Origin: Lingula anatina | Taxonomy: Eukaryota; Animalia; Brachiopoda | Reading direction: 5' to 3' | Length of the DNA: 64,000 bases | Assembly: GCA_051362555.1 (NCBI GenBank) | Contig: CM120642.1 | Span: forward strand, 25,482,001-25,546,000 | Made by a program: the position numbers and the translations under genes | Shown: piece after piece, positions 27,820-37,800 of the stretch | Layout of the letters: each line of letters opens with the position of its first letter | Position numbering within the stretch: position 1 is the first letter of the stretch | The notes under the pieces: model-generated | The model's database searches: none | What the model saw: only the letters and a program-made list of their open reading frames with translations | Told to the model about the DNA's origin: nothing

Positions 27820-30800
27820 TAAAAAAAGTTAAAAAAAAAGGAAATGCACAAAGCAGTATGTAAGCCATGTGGTATCAAAGCTATGAAATTAAGAAATGTA
27901 TAATATTATCTATACACAATGCATAATAAACAAGTATACATATAAATTCAAAGAATTGGAGTTCTCAGGGAAAAAAACCTACAATCAGCTATACAAAGCA
28001 CAAAATGCTATGATTATGTTACCAATCAAATCTCAGCAGATAATGTTATCTGCCTGACCCCTCCACATATCAATTGCTCTAACGTATTAATACTATAGCA
28101 GATTTGTTCAGGCTATCTTTGGAATTGCAATCAACCAGTCTAGCTAACTCATTTTCCTTTTTTACAGCAAACACCATAATTTACTATGTACACACTGAGG
28201 CTCTCATTGAATTTGAAAAAGACCCACATACTGTCAACCAAAGTATTGATGAAATCTCCTAAATCAATCTTTCCAGTCTTCTTCACAGTTATAATACAGG
28301 ATAGCTCTCCATGCTCATACATCCCACACTTAGATTAAGATGATGATAATGATATTAAACAATAGCATGAATCTGATGTTACTTGTAAGTCAAAAATACA
28401 ATTCCAAAATACAGTGAGCAGCAGCTATAATGTATCATTATTTCTTGCTGATTAAACCATAGCATTCATTTACATAGACAAGTTATAACTCTCCTCTAAA
28501 CCATATTTTCCATCCTGCCCTCTACACAGTGACTGACTCACCATCAATTTATTAATTTGAACTGAATCCTCAGAAGACATTTAAGACTAACTTAGAGCAG
28601 TAATTACAATTTATTAATTTGAACTAAATCCTCAGAAGACATATAAGACCAACTTAGATCAGTAATTAAAAACAAAACCTCTGGGATAACATTAACATGT
28701 GGCCACATATATATCCCATTCAAGCAATGGTTTATCATGAAAGTTCTGGGTGAAGAAATTTTATTGTCAAGTATGCTTCTGTCTGGTAATGAGTAAAAAA
28801 GACGACTCTTGCTGCATACTAGCACATTATATTTTGGCTAACTGACATAAAGATGAACATTATATTTTTTGCAAGTTCATTTCATCTTTTAATGGCAAAA
28901 TATTCATTCACCCAAAGATGTATATAAATTAGTCGACTACAGCAAATGAAATCATACTATTCTGGACAGTCAGATTATTTATCTATACAACCACTAAAGT
29001 TTGTGAATCACGAATTATGGCCATGAGCCCACGTGCACAACTAATGCTTCTCACATGAAAAAATACTCAGGCACAACTATTAATGAATCAGCATAAGGCC
29101 CACCAGACCAACAGTATCGACAAAAACTGTGCTGATAATAAATATTTGTAATTTTCCTTTTCTACATACCAAATAATATACAATGTCCCAGCAGTGCTAA
29201 AAAGAATTTCAATTCATCAGGTAATTTATCAACCTGGGAATGAGGATATGTCACATAGGCACCCAGCTGCGTCTGGCATTTTACAATGACAGACTTAAAA
29301 AAGCAGCATAAATGATGACAAATACATGAAGAGTTGTCTAAGAAAACCAATGAAACTAATAAAACTTTTCTTTTTTTTTTCTGAAAGCATAAAATTGAAA
29401 AAGCAATACAAAATGACAGAAAATATTATTAATGGAGTTCTTAAGATGTTTGAACCATGATATATATTTTTTGCTTGCATGTAGCATTACATACATCATA
29501 ACATTCATGTCCATCTTTCAATTTTTTTTCTAAACAATATACTAAGCTGACTGACTGTTCAAAGTAATAATCAAAATGAAAAGAAAAATTAAAAAAAAAA
29601 CAAAGCTTTGGGTTTAAAGTCATGGCTTTATGGGATAGAGCAGTGTTGCAAAGGAATCCATTAAAGGAACTCTCCAAAGGATTTACCTGCTAAAATTAAT
29701 TTTCTTGGGGTAAAGGGAATTTTCCTCATATTCATGGAATTATTGCTTGGCCTCTCCCTGCAGCAAGATTTGATGTTTTATTTCATTTGTTATAATTGAT
29801 TAATTTATTTCTAAATGACTTTCAGGTCTGAATGGAAAACCATAAAATGTTTTCCAGGATAGAAATACAACTATGGAGGATTTTAAAGCACGTGGAGAGT
29901 TCCTTTGATAAGCCATGGGGAATAACTGGTAGATGATGATAGGTATGTTAATCTTTTTTTTTTTAACTTGTTTACAGAAACCCACGTTTCGATTTAAGAA
30001 TACTATTTTTTAAAGGGATTTAATAATCTGCCCATTCATAATGTCTTTTAGGTTACAAAAAAGAGCCTTGTAGTTAATTGGTAAAAGAAAGAGGAAAAAG
30101 GATCAGGCACTGTGAATAACTTGGCACGTTCTGTAACGTGCCATCTTGAGTTGAGATTTCATTTTTCATGGAATCTTTACAGGTGTGATAAGGTTAAAAA
30201 ACAGAAATGATATACACACTCTACGGCCAATTCTTGGCTGTAACTTTTTCTTTTTCCTTTTTACTGCAACATAGTACTGAAAAATATGCAATCAAAGTAA
30301 GTGAAAACAGCTACTAACATAGGTAAGATACATTTACTAAGTACAGTGAGTGTTCGAAATCAACAAGAAGAAGATGACATTTCGATTACTATCATCTGCA
30401 CTGTTTGTTGCAAAAAAATAAAAATAAATAATAATAAAAATTATAATAAATAAATAAAATTTAAAAAAATAATAATGATAATAATAATAATAACTTGGTG
30501 CAGAAAGCTTTGACTTTATATTATAAATTGTGTGCATAGCTACCAATATTTGGAAACTAACCTGTCAGATGAATTTAAATCCTAAATATAAATTTGCTCT
30601 GGATTGGAGCACTCAAATGAAGCTTCTAAGTACTATACTGGTTTGACAAAGGTAGGGGGCTTAAGACAGTGCAGGTAAACACCCCTTTTCATAATGTATA
30701 ATTCAGGTTGACACCAGGAAATTCTCAGAAATCATTACATAATGCAGGACACTTGATCAAAATGTGGGCCTGTTGGGCTTTATCTGTGGCACGTCATGAT

Positions 30801-31528
30801 GGCAACCACAACAAGAGAAATAGCAAGGTTTACTCTTATTAAATTATTTCTGATTTAATGTCATACTGTGAACACACAAACACACAAAAAAGAGAATAAA
30901 TATTGATTACATTATAGACACTATAGTATAGGGATCTGAAATTGACAAAAACTACTCTCACTAGAGTAAATAATCTCACGAATTTATTTATCTGAATTTA
31001 ATAAAGGTGGAATGGACACTGACAGACTGTCATTGTAATACAAATAAGCACAGCTGTACCCCTAATATTTTGTTTCAAAGTAAGTGATTACTATTTGTAA
31101 AACATCGGTAAAAAAATCAGTCAGTAAGTCAGTTACACTGGCAACAAGTAAACTTAATTATTTCTTCAGTCTAACCTCTGGATCCGAGCAGATAAATAAT
31201 TAATAATAAATAAATTAATAAAATAAAATGTCAGTTTAAAAATGAAAAAGTAAGGCTCATATAACGGCATTAATCTCATGGAGACTTATCACTGAATGAC
31301 GATATTTTCTTCTTGAAGAATGTGCTCGAAGCTATGACAGTGTCATTCAATAAATTAAGTTGAAGTTTGGTCATTCATGATTTGAGTGAACTGTCACGAG
31401 ATTAAATGCCGACACATTTTCTCACTTACGAAAAGAATAAATGGGGAGGTGAAAACAACGATGTGATATCGCGAAATATTATCTTACAGATATTTATAAC
31501 TCACCTTGGGAGTCTTGATGAACTCCAT
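719..31528 (-). CDS. MTMR6: Myotubularin-related phosphoinositide 3-phosphatase, MTMR6/7/8 subfamily (5' part; gene continues beyond left edge)
   Basis: GT-AG exons in consistent phase: 31528-31505 (MEFIKTPK), 16805-16689 (VENVRLLDRF...GTLYLTATHLIFVD...ETW), 11795-11633 (ILHMHIASIEKQPLSTTGSPLVIRCKTF...), 6134-5980 (DIEELYAFHY...EYLRMGVPN...), 5399-5271 (ICDTYPKYLYVP...FRSRGRLPVL), 4126-3992 (AAICRCSQPLAG...VVDTRPK), 851-719 (INAMANRAAGKGYE...IENIHVMRSSLQKL). PH-GRAM plus start of the phosphatase domain; motifs recognised from MTMR6/7/8. Which vertebrate paralogue is closest cannot be decided. Confidence 0.95.
2903..3236. mobile_element. Degenerate TTAA-flanked non-autonomous DNA element (Kolobok-like)
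   Basis: TTAAAGGCATAGTGGGAAATTTAAAA ... TTTTAAAAATCCCCTATGCCTTTA inverted ends. Confidence 0.5.
3612..3662. repeat. (AAAT)n microsatellite
   Basis: Read directly. Confidence 0.95.
7884..8050. mobile_element. MITE with perfect 15-bp TIRs and 6-bp TSD
   Basis: TIR CAGGCCCGTAGCCAG ... CTGGCTACGGGCCTG; flanked by CATAAT at 7878-7883 and 8051-8056. Confidence 0.9.
8697..8868. mobile_element. Degenerate TTAA-AGGCA-ended element, probably the same class as 2903-3236
   Basis: TTAAAGGCATTTCACCTT ... AAGGTGAAGTGTGCCTT inverted ends. Confidence 0.4.
9159..9220. repeat. (AC)n microsatellite
   Basis: Read directly. Confidence 0.95.
15406..15477 (-). CDS. Candidate internal first exon of MTMR splicing to exon 3 (MFHLFKIIDNTVDTTLRLTKVLLQ)
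   Basis: ATG, 24 codons, donor CAG|GTAAAT, phase 0 matches exon 3. Confidence 0.4.
17310..17445. mobile_element. Small MITE, Harbinger-like
   Basis: GGCACCGTAACTCAAAAGCATCGCA versus TGCGATGCTTTCCAGTTATGGGGCT (imperfect inverted repeat); CAG on both flanks. Confidence 0.6.
20069..20098 (-). CDS. Candidate alternative first exon of MTMR (MFQLDSEMTR)
   Basis: ATG, 10 codons, donor AGG|GTAAGA, phase 0. Confidence 0.4.
20878..20925 (-). CDS. Candidate alternative first exon of MTMR (MGNQHPYLIPDDWIKK)
   Basis: ATG, 16 codons, donor AAG|GTAAGA, phase 0. Confidence 0.5.
21989..22117 (-). CDS. Candidate alternative first exon of MTMR (MAFMALKLATDFWSHVHGKVEACVPRVVGLFDSHQDIPEGTLK)
   Basis: ATG, 43 codons, GC-richer than the flanking intron, donor AAG|GTAGGG, phase 0. 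Confidence 0.5.
25121..25219 (-). CDS. Candidate alternative first exon of MTMR (MFCLPVMKCFINLRNTILQHLVADDVIHYWKVK)
   Basis: ATG, 33 codons, donor AAG|GTAAGA, phase 0. Confidence 0.5.
27595..27639 (-). CDS. Candidate 45-nt in-frame cassette exon of MTMR (AKFLEAWNSGIKEGK)
   Basis: Acceptor ttattgtttcag, donor AAG|GTATTA, phase 0-0, no stop codon. Confidence 0.4.
28542..28580 (-). CDS. Candidate alternative first exon of MTMR (MSSEDSVQINKLM)
   Basis: ATG, 13 codons, donor ATG|GTGAGT, phase 0 matches exon 2. Confidence 0.5.
28544..28668. repeat. About 62-bp tandem duplication overlapping a candidate MTMR first exon
   Basis: CAATTTATTAATTTGAACT.AATCCTCAGAAGACAT.TAAGAC.AACTTAGA.CAGTAATTA occurs twice. 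Confidence 0.9.
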
Positions 31529-31830
31529 ATCAGAGAGATTCGGTATCGCCGAAATTGTCTTCTGCAAATCCACCTCCCATCCGGGAACCTCTTGGATGGC
31601 CTTGACCTATGTCTTTTCCAAGATCTCGTTTCTCAGAACCAGCGAATTTTCAACAAATTTTCTTATTATTGTGTCTTTAAGGTCTAAAGCTAAGTAGAAA
31701 TGCATAAAATACCTAAGTTTACAGGATAAATTAATTTTGTGCCAATAAAAGTTACAATATTTGCCTAAAACAAGACTTCTCGTTGGAATGAGAGTATACA
31801 TAGTCTGCCATTTTCAAGCACCCGGACAAC
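31529..31830. promoter_or_regulatory. Bidirectional promoter/5'UTR region between MTMR and NUP58
   Basis: Divergent ATGs at 31528 and 31831 are only 302 bp apart; YY1-like GCCATTTT at 31807-31814; local CpG enrichment. Confidence 0.7.
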
Positions 31831-34800
31831 ATGCCTGGATTTTCATTTGGTGCTACTCCCAATACACAAGCTGGATCAACAGGGTAACGTAATTTAATTC
31901 ACAAAACATGGCTTAATCTTTATTTTAACTATTTCTGAATATATTGTAAGAGATGATAAATAACAGAAACTGTACTGTAATTTCAACTTGTCTTCGACGT
32001 AGAATCTAATGGTAATAAGAAGGGGATTTCCAAATGCGTCGTAAAAATTTTTGCTCAGTAAGTTTCGCCCGACCAAAGATATACTGATCAGTCTGAAATC
32101 TGTTGTCTTTATTGTAGAGACTTAAATGAACTGCCATAATGTTGTTTTTGTTTGTTATTTATTAAGCATGTAAAAATTTTGTGATCACTGTTAAACAGAA
32201 TATGACATACAAAATGATTGAGAGTCTCTCAACTAGATATGATAAATAACATGCACTAGTACTTAATGCAACATATCTATATAAGGCCACAAAGGGCTTG
32301 ATGTACTAATTTCTAATTCCGAAATGTTCTATTCTCTTTGCAGGTTTCAGCTGGGTCAGACCCAGGCCACCCCTGTAGGAACATCTGGTAAATTATTTAT
32401 AAATTCAATTTTTGCATCCCCATACCCACTCTCCCTTTGAAAATAAGGCTTCATTTACATGAAAAATCTATTTTCTAAAAATCCATTTTCTATTTGAGGT
32501 ATCTTGTGATCACGGTCTGTGCCCTGAATACCCCGCAGCGTAATTACTGGCAGCGCGAGCCAGTTGCTTCCTAAGCTGTAATTAATTCTAGGCTGCGCTC
32601 GGAGTGATCACAAGATACCGCGAATAGAAAATAGATTTTTAGAAATAGATTTTTCATGTGAACGGAGTCTAAGTGATGTGTTCCTATACATTTACCCATT
32701 GAATGGTGTTTTGAATGAGATGTCACATGTAGGAACTTGTTCTGGCCCAAAGGGCCAAGGGGCTTGGGGTCAGATTATAATGCCCAGCACTGGCCAATGC
32801 ACTAGAATGATATGGCCAGTATGATTGCCAAGAGGAACCACACTCCAACAAGGCAACCCACCTGATGACAAATAAGTTGTGCTCATTTGTTAGGTTGTAT
32901 CAATAAATTGAAAGCTTCAAATTTGTTTATCTTGAATTGGGGCAGTCCAGGCTTTTGGCCTTAAGGTATAAACCAATTTTTGGGCAGAAGTTATTTTGTA
33001 AAAAATAATGCAGACAGGTTTCAAAAATAACTTGCAAACAATGTGTAAGCGTGAGTTGGGTTTTGCATTAATGTTTCATGGTACAGCACATAACAACTTA
33101 TTAACAGGCCATGGAAATCATTATGTACAGATCCTGCAAATTCTTCATGTCATTTAAAAAGGGTAAAATTCCCATATAAAAACCAAATGGCCATTACATT
33201 GCAGCTGTGAACCGTTTCTGGTATCTATGATTCTGGCCAATATGGATAGAAGTTAAGGCAGAGAAAATGATCAGTAACATGTATAGTATTGCTGTATCAT
33301 TTTGAAGGAGTAATTTGATATCTTAGTTAAGTATTTGATAAAAACTATTTTAAATTCACTTTAGGTGGCCTCTCATTTGGTGCTGGACTAGGGGTAGCTA
33401 AGACAACTGCTAGTGGTGGTAAGTGATGTCACTATCAGCAAACTGAATATGTTACTCGTGTTACTCTAAGCTTTTATGAAGTTGCTTTAAAAATGATCAG
33501 TGAAAAAAATTTTGACCTCATGCTATATAGTGCTAGCATACAGACTTTCTTGCTCTGAGTCAAAAGAATATTTGAAAGTAAAAGAAATATTTGGATATTT
33601 TATTACCAGTTTATCATTGATTAATTAGGCAATGGCCTGGTTTAAACTAAATTTAATTCTGAGGGCTGTAACACTTCTTCATCTCAATAATTTACAAATA
33701 GGTACTGTGTCATGAAATGTTTTCATATTCTAAATGCAGGATTTAGTTTTGGTACCCCAGCTGCCAGCACAGCTACAGCTACAGCTACAGCAGCTGTTGT
33801 GCCACCAGGAGGCAGCACTGGCTTTACCCTTCCTCTGAATCTTGCCAAGACAACACCAACCCTGACATTAGGTGGCACTACTACAACTACCACTACTGCA
33901 GGAGGCCTATCACTAGGTATGTAATAAGTCTTTGGATTTGGTATGGCATGCTTCTGAAAACTCTGTGTGGAGATATTATTTATTTCCAGCCAGTCAGACC
34001 ACCTCATTTTTTCATGCTGCTTATTATTTGTGTAATATTTTTAACACCTGCACTGCTAGAAAAATTTGTTAAGTATATAAAAAAAAACAGGTGGTGGATT
34101 TAAGGACTTGATGTAACAAGACTATTTTATTAGTTGGGCAGTGAAAAAAGTTCATTGTTCATTAAATTTTTTCAGGTACAGCAGCTGCAACACCAAGCTT
34201 TGGCCAAAGTCTGTCCTTTGGTCAGACGTCCACTACCAAACCATCGCTGTCCACTGGCTTAAGCTTTGGCCAGACAGCTGCTGCAAAATCTGGCCTGTCA
34301 CTGGGTGGTGCAAGTCTGGGCTTCAATTTAACAGGTAAAAACCATTGAAATATGAACAGACATAAAAAAGCGGATGACATGATGACCCTGATTATGACAA
34401 TTCAGAAAGTTTTTAGGAGGTCAGATTGCCTTTCTTTGTTAGTTTTTCTTTCCAAGTTGTACTGAAAAAATGTAGCAGTACTATATTAATTTACTCACAT
34501 AATTCATTTGACAGCAATTTTCTAGCATGATATGTTAATATTTTATTCAATTTACCTTTTCCTATCATATGTATAATTCTTTATAATCAGCCGTTTACAT
34601 ACATCATTTCTCTGACAGCAATGTTGTAGCCAGATATTAATCATTTAACTGCCTTGTCTTATAATATATATATATATATAATTCTTTAAAACCAACGTCT
34701 TTGTTCATGTGATTCATTTTTATAGGCACAACTACAACCAGCACAACTACCAGCACCAGCACAGGGTTGTTTGGTGCCACCACATCCACCACAGGAGCCA

Positions 34801-37800
34801 GTTTGTTTGGCGCCACAACTACCACCACTGCCAGCAAGGGATTAGGTGGTGTGGACCCCAAGACTTCTACAGCTGGAGGGAATGTTGGTGCCAACGGGAA
34901 AGGAGGGTAAAGATTATATGGAAGGGCATAGCACCCCACTGCTGAATGTCACTTGTTTTTTTGTTTATAATTGTTATCGGTTGAACTAGTTAGGGACAAA
35001 CCACTTAAAAGTTTCATGGCTCACCTTAGCATTGTAAGCCAATCTTACGACACGTGAATTATGTCAACTAAATTGATAGATTAGAGTAACTGTGAGTTAA
35101 TCGTAATCAGGAAGGCCAACCCAGGTTGACTGGATTGTAAATGTGACATTGTAATTGCTAGAAGTTAAAAATTTACGTTCAGTATTTTTAGTCTTGATTC
35201 TTAGCTGCACATACTTTTCAGCTGTTATATTTTTGTTCCCATCATTTGGTCATGCTGTTCCATCTTGAATAGGGTTTCAATTTCCAATGTTTCTTTTATC
35301 TTCAGTGACAATAAGGCCTTCAAAGAAACAAACTTACCAAATGATGTTGTGCAAAGTGTGGAAACATTCAAGTGAGTTCTGTAGAAGTAGATTTATATCC
35401 ACTGCCCTACAATGAACTTGACTAAAGACTTAGATAAATTAAACAACTTTTAAAAACCATAAATATTTGTAAGGAATTAAACTAGCAAAGTTTTGAATTG
35501 TTTTTTTCTTTAACATTTTATTAAAACTTCTAGGTTTAAGCCTTATATTTATCCCATTCTGAAGAAATAGAGTAAGTGTATTAAATCTGTTTATTTAGAA
35601 GCTTTAGGATGAAATACATTAAGTAAATCCCACATACTTAATACCATGTTATCTGTCCAGAAAATATGTCAAAGATGAAAAATCAGTGAGGGAGGAGATT
35701 GCCCGGATGTCCTCCAAGCCTCTGTTCAAGGTTCAGGAAGACGTCCAGACATTGAGGCAGTTACTGGCAGTGGTGGCCAATGGCTTACAGAGGAACGCAG
35801 TCACTATTGAAAAATTAAAAATGGAGTCTGCACAGGTCTGTGTCATTGAAATGTAGATGTGCTGTATGTTTTAAGTTGTTTTATATGTATATAAGTAAAA
35901 AGTTTTGATTAAAATGTGTATATAGTTGTTTGAAGATAGATCTGCTACTATGGCAGTCCCAGTACAGAATGAACAGCTTGGATCAGTGTAAAGATTACAC
36001 AAATTATTTAGTTGACATTTGCATTATGGTTTACAGCCTTTTTGTTCACAAAAAAGGCTTTCAAGCAGTCATAATTTACAACACATGTTTTAAGGAAAGG
36101 ATTGTGCTGTTTTAAAGATGGGATAGTATTGCCATGATCAGTATATTGAGTACAAAGTATTAAAAATACACTTTCTTCACAGGAACTTAAAAAAGCTGAG
36201 ATGGCACAGAGAACGAAGGAAATCCCACCAGGGCTACAGTATGAAAACACTGCTCCATCAGAGTAAGCAATGATCATTTTAGGTCACACCTGCAAAGAAT
36301 TATAAAACATTTCTAAAACTCAACACCTCTTAGAATGTTAGGAATGATAAAATATTATTTTGTTGCATCTAAAATAATATGACTTTTTATGTACAGACAC
36401 AGATGTGTCTGTACATATTGCCATCACCTGCGTCTGTCGTCGCCGTCGCCGTCGCCGTCGCCGTGCACTTTCAGCGTTAACACCATAAGTGGAAGACAGT
36501 TTTACTTTTTGGCTTTATATTTACAGAGCTGACTAATATTCATAAAACGCAGGTCAAGTTCGAAAATCAGCATGATCGGGCCATTATTGTAGAATTTATG
36601 CTGTTTTTTCACTTTTTAGCATATATGCAACACTGTTAACACATTTCAAGGAAAACCAATAGGCCTGTTGTCATGAAACTCACAGGAGTAATCAGTCTTA
36701 CTAAAACGCAGATCAAGTTCGAAAATCGGCATGATCGGGCCACTATTTTAGTATTTATGCTGTTTTTTCACTTTTCAGCATATATGAAACACTGTTAACA
36801 CATTTCAAGGAAAACCGATAGACCTGTTGTCATGAAACTCACAGGAGTAATCAATCTTACTAAAACGCAGGTCAAATTCAAAAATCGGCATGATCGGGCC
36901 ACTATTTTACTAGTTATGCTGTTTCTTACACTTTTCAGCATATATGCAACACTGTAAACACAATATAAGAAAAACAGATGGGCCAATTGTCATGAAAGTC
37001 ACAGGAGTGGTCAATTTTACTAAAATGCAGATTGAGTTCGTAAATCAGCATAATCGGGCCATTATTTTTGAAGGTATGCTGTTTTTCACATTTCCTCAGA
37101 TTCAGTTTTTAGGCATGTTAACAGTCTCATTATTAAACTAATAAGATACGTGAAAGTGTTTGTTTGACATTTCCTGCATCTTTACAACATTGTTAGTTGA
37201 TTTTGTAAAAATGATGGTAAACATGTTATCGTGTATTGTGTAATAAAGTTTCAAAAATGGAAATAAACTCATATCATTGCAGTTTGTCAGATTCAATCAT
37301 TCACTATGTTCAGAATCTCAGAATGGAAGAAATTGGACATTTAACACTGCTCTATTGATATTTTTCTCATCTCATCAATTTTCTTAGTTGATCATATAAA
37401 AATGGCAGTAAACTGTTAATTTTATTTTTACATTTTGGCATTTTCAAGTTGTGACTTTGAAGTTCCATGGGCCTGAAGACCTTTGCTAGTCACATTTTCT
37501 GAATATCCATGATACTAATATTTTATTATTAAAAATTGATGGTCATTATGCTGTTAAACATTATGTAATATTGCATCAAAATTTGAAAAAACCTATTTTG
37601 GGCACTGCTCTCATGATTACCTTTTAAGAAAAACCATGTCACTTACTGTGCTTACAGGAAAGAAACATGGGACTAAAATACAGCTTCAGTAGGCAATGCA
37701 ATCTGCCAGTTAAACAGTTTTTTTGTGAAAATTTAATTTTTCACATATTGGCATTTTCAAAGTGTGACTTTGAAGTTCCACAGGTTTGAAGACCCAGGCT

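Noticed and set aside
29687-29735. ATG segment ending at CAG|GTAAAT in MTMR intron 1
   Set aside because: Phase 1, incompatible with exon 2; the phase-0 frame has a stop just before the donor.
36475-37095. Regular repeats as a possible CRISPR array or coding repeat
   Set aside because: Whole units repeat with no unique spacers, in a eukaryotic intron; it is a satellite within a mobile element.
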